60,472 bases of DNA, filler included, from Sphacelaria rigidula (GCA_964200075.2; 9 parts of 9 records of this genome joined end to end with filler, not necessarily neighbours in it); one strand, 5' to 3'. Numbered from the whole stretch's first letter, positions 1 to 12,031 are shown. Notes: a model not told the origin generated them from the sequence alone. A program made the numbers and translations.

Positions 1-94
1 CCCAGCCGACCACACCTCCTACAATGTCCCCTAGCTCGACTCTGTACACGAGTCACCCTACCCATCCGGGCGTCGGTCCTCAGTTTACTAACAC

Positions 95-343
95 AACTCA
101 TCGGTGCATATTCTGGCCGGGTGAGTTATACAACACCCTGTGCGTTATACAACATTACTCAGCAGTGCGCCATACAACATTACTCATCGGTGCATATTTT
201 GGCCGGGCGAGTTTATACAACATATAGCTCAACAGTTGATGTTCTGGCCGGGTGAGTTTTACAGAATAACTTATGGGTGCATATTTTGGGCCGGGTGAGT
301 TATGGAACATGACTCACCGGTGCGTATTTTCGGCCGGCGAGTT
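95..343. repeat. Degenerate ~42-45 bp tandem repeat with partially palindromic unit
   Basis: Five copies of AACTCAYCGGTGCATATTTTGGCCGGGTGAGTT-like unit at ~95, 181, 226, 268 and 311. The unit ends (AACTCA..CGG / CCG..TGAGTT) are complementary. Confidence 0.85.
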
Positions 344-1938
344 AGAACACACGAGTTAACTCATGAGTCATCCGACGTGTGGTACTCGTATGTTATGTTG
401 TATGTTCCACTCACCATCACATTTTGCTTTGCAGAGAAAACAACATGCATTTGATTGGAATAGTTAATTTTCGCAGCATCGAGTGATCGGCGTGAATTCA
501 TTCAAGCCGTCCTGACGAGGCAGATCAAGCACCCAAGGTCAATCAATGGAAACATTGAACATTCGCCAGAAAGGAACTCGAGGTGAAGGAATTAAAAAAT
601 AAATTAGGGGAAGAGGATACAAAGGAAAGGACACGGCAACGCCATGCTACGATCTAGTACCGGTGCCATGAAACCCCGCGGCACGCCATGCACGTATCGG
701 TATATGACATGGCTCATTTTGCAAAATAGCACATTATCGGGGCTAACGTGAAGATAGAAACGCCTCCTTTCACGATACTGTTCTCATCACCACTACGATT
801 TCTCGCTGCATCCCGTGGCTGTTGGATTCTGATCCTCCGCTACGCCTTGACTTTGGGCGCACCTAAGGTCCCACATGTTACACGCCCATCCTCAAATCTA
901 GACAAAGGTTGTTAAACAGAGTAAAATACATGAAAAGCATGCAAGCTTGAGCCCCAATCTAGTCGTGTGCGTTTTACTGAAATGTCGTGGGAGACGGCCG
1001 AGATACAGCTTGTCATAGTCAGGAGAGGTAAACGGTAGGTGGATGATGACGCACTTCATGCGAGCTCCGTAGTGGGCGGTGCATCCTGTTCGGGGCATAC
1101 AAATTCGGTGTCCTCCTTGTGATGGTGTGATACATGGCACAAACGGATCTGTTGAGTCATATTTCTTCCCCGCAAACCTCTGAGCGTATTTAACCCACTT
1201 TGTAGTGGCTTTTGTGTGTTATTGCTCACCTGGACGTCGAAAATCGTCTCGCCGTGAGCAATTTGTGTACCGCGGGTCGTGTGTAAAACTAACGCTCAAA
1301 ATTTCTGGCCAATCCCCTCAACAAAATACGGGTTACATATGAGGCGAATGAAGCAAAGTAGGTTCGGAAAATCACAGTGTTGGTGTGTGTGTTTGTGGGG
1401 GGCGAAGTCATGGTAGAGTTTGTGAGCGAAGATGATGTGTCCATATGTAGGAATGTAGAAAGACCAAAATGTTTGTGGACTGAACATTTTCTTCATGCTC
1501 CTTGGTCGAATGATAATCGCACGCGTCGGACAAATAAAATCATGATTCGTGCCCAAATTTCTCACCTCTCTTCCGTACGGCATGCAATTACGCGTACGCG
1601 TTTCCCACATGTCATTCATACGCGTGAACCAATCGGACGTTTGTTCCCACCCATCATTCGTGCGGTGTGAATCAAATGCACGCTGTCCCGGCCACCATGT
1701 CATGCGCCAGGACTCTCACTTTGTGGATATCGTGCAATTGTCGTTCATAAGACACAACTCCTTGCTTCATTGTCCCCACCCTCAATTTGTGCAGCAAGTC
1801 GTTGGGGCATAGTGACAAACCTAACCTGTTACTGACGATGATGCACGTATGTCATACACTTGAATTTTTTCATACCTTTTTGTAGGAGGTGGGCCTGTTC
1901 GCCCATTCGCGACACACGGATGAGTTTGTTACCGTGAC

Positions 1939-2184
1939 CGCTAGGGTGGGCGATCTGCTGAATCGGCATGGTTTGCACCGCTCGGGTAGGCGATCTGTTG
2001 AATCGACATCATTTGCACTTGAAAAATAAAGTACATGATTTAACAGATCGCCTGTCCTAGCGGTCAACGGGCATTTGCACTCGGAAGTTAAGTTAACCTC
2101 TAGGGTACACGATGTGTTGAATCGACACTTTTCCTGCTTTACAAGTGTAAATGATGCCGATTCAATAACTCACTTACCCTAGCG
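1939..2184. repeat. Cluster of direct and inverted ~40 bp repeats (foldback / transposon subterminal-like)
   Basis: CGCTAGGGT.GCGATCTG.TGAATCG.CAT unit forward at ~1939, 1979 and 2098, inverted at ~2031-2062 and 2145-2184. Confidence 0.7.
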
Positions 2185-3207
2185 TTGAAAGGGACAACCC
2201 TTCGACCGCGAACGCCCCCCAGATAGACTCGGCATGGACTATGCCGATTTGGGGTCCAGAATAGTTGTTTTTTCAGTACACAAAGCGCCTTTCTCACAAT
2301 CATGCAGATATTGGGCAGTGTTGTTATTGTTGCTGCTGCGGTGCTATGGTTGTTGTTGTCTTCGTATTGAAAACCGTTCCGATATATGCGCAGGATTTCT
2401 TGCCTACGTAGTAGGCATCTGATGCGGACGCCTTCGTGGTCACAGGCTGACCACCCAAAATAAGGCGTGATGAAATAAATAAATGAACAATACAGGACCC
2501 AGAAAAATCAACACGGACGCGATACAACAAAAATATGAACGATGAGAACCCCGTAAGATCCGGTGCCGCAGGTGGTTATTTGGACTGACAGAGATTGAGC
2601 CTAACGCCCCACTCGACATACGAAACCAAGCAGAAATAAAACCACGATCGGGGCCCAAAGATCACCAACCGTGGCCATAAAACTTGCCTGGTTTTATCCT
2701 TGTACCCCGACCAGGCCGGGGTTTAGTACCTGCCGGTTATACGCTGGCCATGCCCTTTCCCCAAACGTAGCTACGCATGCGTGGGGTTCTCAAAAACTAG
2801 GAAATGTATGCTAGTTGTATACTCTATCCCAATAAAAATACTGGGCATTCGATGTTTCTATCATGCTGGAATATTTCATGTCGGGGTTTCAGCGCTCAGA
2901 TACACCCCCGCCGTACGCAGACACTGGCCGCACAGCCGTATTTAAGAGTGTACTGGATATAAACAGAAGAACACCACAAAACAACATACCACATCGGGGA
3001 AAGGCTGCAGTGGTGGGAAGTATTAGCGAGAAAAATGATGACATGAGGGGATGGGGGGTATTCCTGCCACATCCGCTATATTCTTAGTCCGATGCATATC
3101 TGGCTACACGTTCTGTCATCTCCCCCCTTCTCTCCTCGGCCGCATTGGTATCCTTATTTTGGACTTTTCTATCCCTATTCCTCTATTTATCCGGAAATAT
3201 ACCCGTA

Positions 3208-3780
3208 ACTTTCGCAACCGACAACAAACCAGCATCACGAACACCTTCAGCACGCTCTAAGGCCGAGTCTTGCATACACACAACGTTGTCACAGGGACCG
3301 CGCGTGTGACTTCGAGCGCATAGACTTTACACTCACCCGGCAAGCACACCGAGGTAAAGGGCCCAGCGTAGTCGTACACCCCCAACCCGCATCTCCGGCC
3401 AAAGCTGACTCGCACCACAATATGGTGGTGGCCACTGTCGACCTCGATGGCCACCTCGCCCACAACCGCACCTTACGGACCAAGTCGAAGTAGCAGCAAT
3501 TCGGCAGACAGCAACTACAGGTCGAAATAGCACGATGGCAGGTCATCGAGAGATACTACACAACGTTGGCGAGCGAGCATGCCAGCGAACCACCACCGCC
3601 CCGGCGACCGCGAAGAACTTTACCGAAGCAATCCTCGAAGCAGCGCAGGTAGTGCTCCTAGAAGAGGCACACATACCACGTATGCTGGAGCAGGGTGAAA
3701 GCCCGGAAACGAGAGCAACATTCAAGGCAGCGCTTGTCAAACATCGGGAGGCACGCCGACTAATGAGAAAACAACAGGAC
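3208..3780 (+). mobile_element. Degenerate LINE (RTE-like): C-terminal half of APE endonuclease plus linker
   Basis: Hand translation gives TFATDNK..ITNTF.., RIDFTLTRQAHR..VHPQPASPAKADSHHNMVVATVDL (APE 'RIDY..SDH' motifs), then FTEAILEAAQVVL..ESPETRATFKAAL. Frameshifts and stops are present. Confidence 0.8.
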
Positions 3781-3850
3781 CCCGAAAGTGGGTGTCAAAT
3801 ACTTCCATTCCCTGTATGTCCATGTGTATCTTTTTTTAGGCGACCCATGA

Positions 3851-3950
3851 TTGATCATCTTGAAATATCTCTTACACCTGGAGAACAGTGACGCAGTATT
3901 TGTTCTAGTACTTGTTCTCTGGGTGCTGAGAGATATTTCAAGACGATCAA
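3851..3950. repeat. ~37 bp imperfect inverted repeat (hairpin)
   Basis: TTGATCATCTTGAAATATCTCTTACACCTGGAGAACA (3851-3887) pairs with TGTTCTCTGGGTGCTGAGAGATATTTCAAGACGATCAA (3913-3950). Confidence 0.8.
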
Positions 3951-4071
3951 GTTCGGGTCGAAGGGCAAAGGGTACGCCTTGGACATTGAGAGAAATACTT
4001 GGCATCTACTTACACTTGTCCAAGGTCCTTAGATCGGATGACGATTCGCTCATAAATTTCTATCGGTTGAC

Positions 4072-4585
4072 CACGTCCATGGGCACCTAGAATCCCTTTG
4101 TTTTGTAGACTCAATCCTGTCTTCCCTCCCGTTCGTGGGTTGGCACTCATGAACATAAATGCACACTCCGTTGACGGGATCCGCTGCAGGAGATCGTGAA
4201 GCTCATCCCAGAAAGCTTGTTTGGTTTCGTTCTAGGCGACTTCAGTAAGCGCATACGCAGCTACGAAGTTGATCGCTCCGGGTTGGCCCGATGTTCCAAA
4301 CCGCATTGCCATGAAGCGCTCATCGACCTACTCGGCGGTGTAGGTGGCGTTATTGCAGTTCCACTATTTCACGGTTAGCCTCATACTGTGTTGCCCACCT
4401 GACTCACTCCCACAGCAGAAGATTGAAGCCTCCTGCTGTACAGTCTGATCGTGTGCCCTCCTTTTCTCCTGCAGTCCTGCCACCGAAACGTCTAGCCTCG
4501 CGGCCTCGTATAGGACACTTTAGTTTTGCTCCCACCCATGAGCTCCCTTAACAGCGAGAGCTTGGACGTGGTATGTGGCTACCTC
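4072..4585 (-). mobile_element. Degenerate LINE (RTE-like): N-terminal half of APE endonuclease
   Basis: Minus-strand translation gives VATYHVQALAVKG (T.NV motif), LDVSVAGLQEKRR (GLQETR), FCCGSESGGQH, INFVAAYALT..KQAFWDELHDLLQRIP..FMFMSANPRTG (D.NA motif), ILGAHGR. Its 5' UTR probably continues to ~5400. Confidence 0.8.
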
Positions 4586-6631
4586 AACAAGTCGACTCCT
4601 CCGGCCCGGCCGGACTGCTGAGGTTGCTTTCCTAGCGAGCCCACGCCTAGCGCGGCCCTTCTTTTCCCGTTTTTCTTCTTCTCGCGCTGTAGACTTGTCG
4701 GCTGTTTGTGTCAGCCCGATGCTTGTCTTTTGTCATAGGCAGGTGAGGCTGTCCTGCTCTGTCCGACTCTATCCCTTTCTCGCCCCTGGTGTGCGCATCC
4801 ACGCGGTGTGTAGACCCTCCGTTCCTGTCTAGGCTGTCTCCACTGTGGTCGTCGCTACTACTCAGCCCAGGAGTCCAACTCGCGGCCTTGTGCTTCAAAC
4901 CCTGCTGCTGCCAAAGGTGTTCCGAAACGAGACGTACCGATTCCGAGATCACGGCGCCTCCTGTCTCTCAACTCAGGCTCACCGTCGATACGAAGCTCGG
5001 GCTCGTGTCTCTGCCGTCATTACTTGGTCTTTGCGTGATCTAGGGCCGCTGACGGACTTCTGCCTACCCCAACAGTGGCAGTCAGGGGGTGATATCTAAA
5101 GTTTGTTCCACACGAGCTATACCGATCTCGCGACCTACTGTATATATCATCTCCCGTTCTCAGGGTCCACGTCGATACGAGGCTGGAGCTTGTGCCTGTC
5201 TCTCTCCGCTGTCGCTGGGTGGTGCTTGCGTGGTCTAAGACCACTTGTCGTCCTCAGCCCACCCCAGCAGGTGCAGGCTATATATGTAGAAAACAGTCCC
5301 GGATAACCCCTGACCGCTTTGAAGCCTGGAGTCAAGTGCTTGCAGTCAGGATGTAAGTTGTATGTCCTTCAACCCTCTACCTGTATATTCTACCGACCGT
5401 TAAGCCACCTTCATCGTGTTGCCCTCGTTAAGGTGTCCCACGACCTTCTTCACGTTTCTTGCGTCCGGATTTTTGCAAGCTACTGTTGATGCGGTTGTTC
5501 CGAACGCCTATACACACACTGAAAACGGGGGGTACTCGATGACATTGAGAAACGTCCACATTATCCCGGTCATATCCAAATGATCCGAAAACGATATCCA
5601 AACACAAAAAAACAAAAGTGCTTTGAAACGCTACTGCAGCTGCAGAAATGAAGTCCCACCCTGCACCGAGGTAAGATGGCGAGCGATGTTGCCCGTGTTT
5701 ATTTTGAGTGCTGCATGGGTCCATATCCCTACATCGACGCCGCGCGACACGTGGCCGAACATGCGCTGGTCCACTTTATATTTTATTTTATTTTTATCAG
5801 GCTCAGCATGTTGTACACGCTCGATCGCTTCTCAGTCGGGGGGCACGCTTTACTTCCCCTACACCCAGCCGCCTATACCCAGCTGGTGCGGATTTTTCTC
5901 CAATAGCAGTCTCGTTCCCTTCGTGTTTTTCAGACGAGTGTAGAAAGGGCTCATGTTTCGGCGTGCATGTGTACATAACAGTACAGTGCCGTCTTCATGT
6001 AGTAAAAGCGCGTGGGGACGATCGAACAGTCATGATTCTAGGATCCACATGTAGATTTGACGAGGCACCTCAAGAGAGGGACGGATACACACAGCTAAAG
6101 CGTTCTGTGCCACATCGAGTTCGAAGTCAGCAGCAAGGGAACGGCTATGGGTGACTGCAAAACGTTTTTATAGATCGAATAAGACGCGACGCACGTGATG
6201 GAAGTATTTCACATGCATCGGCTCCGGCTCCCTGACGAGATGGGCGTCATCCTGTGTGCTGCTGCCTTAACCTTTTCCGCCCATGGAGCCCATGGCTGGC
6301 GCCATAGTGCACAATCGTGCGTTGTGTACCGTATGTCGCACGAAACTCAACTCTGTTTGTTATTTGTGAAGCATGCGAGCGAGTGTGGAGAATTGCTACG
6401 ATGGGGGGGGGGTGATTCCGCGAAAAAATCGGCTCATACGTGCGTCAAACGACCTAAAACGCTTGTGGTGCCTTTGTGTCTGGGTAAAAGCGGTGTCAAG
6501 CAGTATGAATGAGCGCTATATATCGAGAGCAAGCGCGTTCGAACAACCGTTGGATGCTTTCAACGACGAAGGAAATAGACTTGAAAGAAAGCGGCCCGAA
6601 ATACCCCCCCCCCCCCCCCCCCCCCCCCCCC

Positions 6632-6731
6632 NNNNNNNNNNNNNNNNNNNNNNNNNNNNNNNNNNNNNNNNNNNNTTAATTAATTAANNNNNNNNNNNNN
6701 NNNNNNNNNNNNNNNNNNNNNNNNNNNNNNN
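6632..6731. other. Artificial contig linker (N44-TTAATTAATTAA-N44)
   Basis: Seen directly: a 100-nt spacer with a six-frame-stop core. Identical linkers occur at 13363-13462, 20094-20193, 26825-26924, 33555-33654, 40285-40384, 47015-47114 and 53744-53843. Contig lengths are 6631,6631,6631,6631,6630,6630,6630,6629,6629, i.e. a size-sorted concatenation. Confidence 0.99.
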
Positions 6732-6979
6732 ACGACTACCCCCCCCCCCCCCTCCCTCAAAAACTCGAACTTTCGATCTTGGGGCCCACGTGTCCCGAAA
6801 GCTATTTTTGAAAGACCCTTTGTCATCCTCAAAGATGAAGGGTGTACTTGGCTGCAAGTATATGTCAAGGTTGTGGGTTCATGTCTGCAAATCCAGGATG
6901 CGCTGCATTACCCGACAGATGACGTGCAGAACGCGCGCGATTTTACACTAACTCCTCTGCTCTTCGTGTGCTTTCGAGC

Positions 6980-7900
6980 GCGCCAGAGTTGCCCAGATCT
7001 ACTGAGAGCTCGAGCCGATCCCAGCCTAGGCGGAAATGTTTCGGAATACAATCGCTTCGATGCATGTCGTCGCCTACACAGTACACTTTATAACCTGGCG
7101 CAAGAAGTGGTTGAGATGGGCGGATCATTCTCCGTGCCCGGTGCGGTTGGGAAAATTGCAAACTACGCCATGTTCTAGGTGACCTTCAAGCATGTTATGA
7201 ACCAAGGGATGGCTATGGAGCAGTCCTCATTCTAATGGATGCATACGGACTAGTAGATGGCTCCATCATTTCTATGAAACACCCTCACGGGCGCAAAACC
7301 GCGTCTCTCGTGAATCCTTCTCGGTGACGGCGCGGTTTGCATCTTTCTTGGAGGTCTTGACGACGGGTCTGCCATATTTTTGTCCGAAGCAGGACCAACG
7401 AAGCCGCTGAGAATCTTGTCAGATACCAGGGAAGCGACGAGGGGCTGCGCCGTGGGTGATTGAGATAATGATGGTGTAAGTACAGCGTGATTGGTCACCT
7501 CTCGACACGGTCAACTCAAGGATATCCGGCTGCTTTTGGAAGGCAGTGGCCGACATGTCAAGCAAAGACGAAAGGAAGTAGACGCTCTGGGAATCGGCTA
7601 CGAGGAGGAGACAATTTCGCAATCGACATACGAGCTACTGAAAGTAATATGTATGGGCCGGAACGATGCATGGAGGAGCCAAAGTCTCCTGGAGTCTCCT
7701 ACAGAACCCTGATGATACGGAGAGCAGGATAGTTTCTCCGTTGGGAGCTCTCCTGGCATTCTCCACCGACATTGGGAATAGCGTACTGCATATCACCGCC
7801 AGCCGGGTTGACCCGCACTTAGCAAAAATAATTTTTGGAGCAGGCTGCCTGGAAACTTCGAAGGGTCCTGAGGAGGTAATAATGTTACTGCGCGAATGAG
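6980..7900 (+). pseudogene. Degenerate ankyrin-repeat protein sequence
   Basis: Ankyrin-like fragments in shifting frames: LLRARADPSL, DNDGVST..VTSRHGQLKDIRLLLEG, GALLAFSTDIGNSVLHITASRVDPHLAKIIFGAG. Many stops and frameshifts. Confidence 0.55.
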
Positions 7901-8666
7901 GACTGCCGTCCATTCTTCTTCCGCCTCGGATAACGATCACCCTAAGGAGGAGCCGAGGCTCGGATATTCCTGGTCTCAGCGATATAGTTGCTGAGAAACC
8001 AGGTCGAGCAATCTGGGGCTCCAGAAATGAAGGGAATCAGGTAATGGTCCACCCGAGTACTTGGAGTTCGCCGCGGATGAGGAGAAAATAGAAGTTGTTG
8101 GAAAATGCTTGTCATACGAAGGATTGAGCGCTTGTGAAACATCAGAGGTGATATCAAGCTGGCAGATCGATTGAATGATCTAAGGGCGATACGCAAGGTG
8201 CCCTCCATCGTGGAAGTGGCTATTGGCACGGCAAAATTAGGTGCGGCAGTCTATTTTGAAGTTCCAAACGGCAGCAATGGTCTCTGTAACAACCTATTGT
8301 TCTCTTACTTGATCAGGCCGTTCACGTTGTCCTCGCACGCCGTCCCGGCAACTACCCTCTCAAGTTGAGCTTGGTAGCTTTCGAAAGACCTGGATATATA
8401 ATTCAATAGTTTGGTGCAGCTTACTTCGTTATATATTGTGAACCACGTTTCACGGATCGACGCACAGATTTGTATCATGGGCGAGTTGTTTCGATATAAA
8501 CAAAACTTGACCAGTGGGGCTTTGAAGGGTCGTCCAAGCGTGATCGTGTCGTATCTGCGGAGTACAGTAGCGTATTTACGACACAGCTACTGGGCCGCTT
8601 GCCGAGCAGAGATACCAGATCTCCCAGATCCCCGGAATTGCTGACCCGTTGGTGGTTTACAAAAAA

Positions 8667-9092
8667 CACGGGATTTTACAAATTGGGGATGGATTTGGGG
8701 GGGGATGAGAACCCGGAGAATTGAAAACCTTCGTATCCACACCAAATCTTCGAAATCTTGTTCAATTTCATCACTTGCGAGTAGCTATTGACAACTGCTA
8801 TACGCCATAAAAATTTGGATTTCGATTACCAGAATGTTGGGGTCTTAGGTGAAAACCTTATTTTGGAAAATTTAGATGATCCGATCGGACCCTAAAATTG
8901 GTTTTTCACGTAAGACCCCAACATTTCGGTCATCGAAATCTTAATTTGATTGGCGTGCAGTAGTTGTCAATAGCTACTAGCGAGTGAAGAAATGGAGACA
9001 TATTTCGAAGATTTGGTGTGGATACGAACATTTTAATTCTCCGGGTTCTCATCCCCAATAAAAGATCCACCCCCAGTTTGTAAAATCCCATA
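8667..9092. mobile_element. ~430 bp fully palindromic foldback/MITE, copy 1
   Basis: Arms of ~200 bp (CACGGGATTTTACAAATTGGGG... / ...CCCCAGTTTGTAAAATCCC) fold around GATCCGATCGGAC (~8878-8890). Homologous to 11356-11784. Confidence 0.9.
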
Positions 9093-10249
9093 TTGAAAGC
9101 TTTCAGAGTAACTTTACGTGCCAACGCTGCAGGAGTAGTTTAGAGCCCGCTTGGGATACCGGTATCGAGAACGAGCCGGTGTCGTTTATATGGGACACCG
9201 GTGCCATAACGTCTTTATCACGATAACGGTCTAAAATGCTACCGTGGCTACTTGTCGAGGCAGATCGCCGCGCGTACTAGCCTGCTGGGGGTGTACGAAG
9301 ACTTCTGTAGTAACTCTTGGCCGTGCCAGCATTGTAGGAGTGGCTTGGGCCCATCTGATATGTGTAAAGAGTGAACGAGGCGGTGTCTGTATACCCGACA
9401 CCGGCGTCGTAAATAAGGACGACTCGCGACACCAGTGTCGTAATTAGCGGTACCGAGCTTTGTCCTTGTTGTCTTTTCTCCAATCCCATACGCCGGATAC
9501 ATGCATCACTATCAGCAGCATATCAGTTCCGCGGAGCGAGTTACATTCACAAAGGTAATTCAGTAAAGTTCACGCTATGCATGTTCCGTGAACACGATTG
9601 TACGGCATGAGTTTTGCATAAGCTTCTGGTTTTCATCGCGTTTTTTAGCCGCAGATATATCAGCACTGAAGATTGGGCGTGGGGAATCTGCACGGTGTAC
9701 TGTATTTATCTCCGACTGTCTCTTCCGAGTGAATCCTATGGTAGAGTCGCCACCTTTTTGAGTCACTCCTTGCAGCAGCCGAGTAACTCCCGAGGCGATT
9801 CCCTCTCAAGGATGAGTACTCAAACATCTTGTTGATGCACACACTTTCAGGTCTGCTTGTCGACTCGTGCTTCTAGCGGAGGTTCTGTTCTTCTGCGAAT
9901 CAAGGCAGTCACTCCAAGTACTTTATATCCGCCTGGAAAGGCATAGAAAGGGGGGTGCGCTCTATCGTGGGATGAACCTTCCCGTGTATTCACTTTTGAC
10001 ATCGAGGTACCTTCGCGATGGTACGATGTGATGATCGCACACCGCTAGACCGTTGAGATGAGGGTGGCCGCTATTGACACGAATTCAAGTCCACGTGTCG
10101 AATTCAACTCTTTGATCGCAAAAGTGGTCATTTCGAATCCATGTATTGTGTAGCCGTGCGAATCTTCGTGCGTTGAATTTCATGTTCGAATGTCCCTGCG
10201 GTGAAGATCCCTAAACATCTTCGTAGTGAGAGGACTGCACATCAAACCT

Positions 10250-11010
10250 TACTTCAATCTGGAGGTCAGACTTGATTATCTAATTTGAGTCCGAGAATTA
10301 ACTTGAACCTTCAACCTAAAGATGCCTTTATCTCGGAGGTGCAAGTGAAGGTTCAAGTTGACGCATTACGTCATCCTCCCTTGATTTGAAGTTGGAGGTT
10401 CCAGTTGCAACTCGCAAGATTAAACGTAGTCCTTTCGTTTGAAGACTAGACTTTTAGCTCGAAAATGTGTCCTTAGCGAGAGGTGCAGCCTAACTTCTTG
10501 GGTCTGAGATACCGATATCGTTCCTAGATCGACCACTGCGAGTATTTGTGGGAAACAGTTGACTTTGGTACTGATACTGCAAACAATTTATAGGTTACGG
10601 GGCGCGAAATGCATGGTTTGATGTCTCTAGGGGTAATGAGCGAAAGATCCCTCCGCTCCTGAAGCGTAGAACCTTCATTGCGAGACTCAAATAAACCATC
10701 GAAGCCACAAGTTGAATCTTCATTGAGTAAGTTATGTTGAATCTTCAGGATCAAAGTCCAATTTTCAAGTCGAGCATGTCGACTTGAACTTTCAAGTTGA
10801 GAGTTGAACCTGCAAATTGAAAATGAAACCTTGAAGTTGGCGGTTCAATTTGGAAGCCGACCTCTTCAAGCTAAAGGTCCAACTTTCACCTTAAAGTTTC
10901 AAGGTGGTTAAAGTCTTGATGCGAAATTCACGAAGGTTCAATTTGTAGCATCGGCTTTTGATCTGAGTCTCATGCTCAATTAAAACTGAATCAAGTTGAA
11001 GGTTCAATGC
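10250..11010. repeat. Degenerate short-motif array (AAGTTGAAGGTTCAA / TTGAACCTTCAACTT, both orientations)
   Basis: Many variants of the TTGAA/TTCAA-based motif in both orientations. No credible ORF. Confidence 0.55.
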
Positions 11011-11130
11011 TTCGGGAGCAAAGAGACCTTTCGGACGGACTGGCTGACCGTCAGCATTGGTTCTCCCGACCACGGGTGGCCACTGGTACACGTTATGAGA
11101 GCTCATATGGGTATGTAACCTGGGCTATAC

Positions 11131-11348
11131 CCATCACCTGATGTAAGGTCGGGTAACCCACGTTACAAAAGGTTATACAGCAACATAACCTAGATTATTT
11201 TCAGCACCTGATCTAACGTCGCGTGATCCACGTTACAGGAAGTTATACAGCAAGCATAACCTGGAGTACTTCCAGCACCTGATGTAAGGTCGCGTAATCC
11301 ACGCACCAGGAGGTTAAATGACAATATGATCTTGATTATTTTCAGCAC
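11131..11348 (+). repeat. ~70 bp tandem repeat, 3 copies
   Basis: CAGCACCTGATGTAAGGTCGCGTAATCCACGTTACAGGAGGTTATACAGCAACATAACC-like unit at ~11131, 11202 and 11273. Confidence 0.85.
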
Positions 11349-11355
11349 CCCATAA

Positions 11356-11784
11356 CACGTGATTTTATAAATTGGGGATGGATCTTTTATTGGGGATGAG
11401 AACCCGGAGAATTAAAATCTCCGTATCCACACCAATTCTTCGAAATATGGTTCAATTTCTTCACTTGCCAGTAGCTATTGACAACTACCACATGTCATAT
11501 AAATTTGTATTTCGATAACTGAAATGTTGGGGTCCTAGGTGAAAAACCAATGTTGGGGAATTTCGGTGATCCGATCGGACCCCAAACTTGGTTTTTCACC
11601 TAGGACCCCAAAATTTCGGTCGTCGGAATCCACATTTGTATGGTGTGAAGTACTTGTTAATAACTATACCAGAAAGTGAAGAAATAGAACCATATTTCGA
11701 AGATTTAGTGTGTATACGAAGATTTTAGTTCTCCGGGTTCTCGTCCCGAATAAAAGATCCATCCCGAATTTGTAAAATCACGAG
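11356..11784. mobile_element. ~430 bp fully palindromic foldback/MITE, copy 2
   Basis: CACGTGATTTTATAAATTGGGGATGGATC ... GATCCATCCCGAATTTGTAAAATCACGAG, with the same GATCCGATCGGAC centre as copy 1. Confidence 0.9.
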
Positions 11785-12031
11785 TTTCATGAAAGGTCAG
11801 AGAACCTTGGAGGGAACGTGCCGCGAGCCGAACACGCAGCCTTCCTCACAGAGCGCCCCCCCCCTCTTCTTTCACCGTCAGCTCGGCTCATATACTTAAA
11901 GCGGCAGTCGAAAATTTCCAGGGTGTTCCTCGGTATACCATACCGTCAACGGGTGTTTTTTTTTGTATGTGCACGCCCCATCAGCGTTGCGGAATGAAAA
12001 AAAACACGTCGGCAAAAACAAATAAAAAAAT

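Noticed and set aside
95..343. CRISPR array
   Set aside because: The repeats are divergent, the linkers are mostly 9-12 nt and similar to each other, there are no cas genes, and the context is eukaryotic.
488..555. Hammerhead ribozyme (hairpin + CTGACGAG)
   Set aside because: No well-paired stem II closed by GAAA. The similar near-misses at ~7710 (CTGATGA) and ~5225-5260 (minus strand) also lack the GAAA core.
6676..6687. TTAATTAATTAA recurring every ~6.73 kb as a periodic biological signal
   Set aside because: It is always centred in 44+44 Ns, so it is an artificial six-frame-stop contig linker. ORFs crossing it are artefacts.
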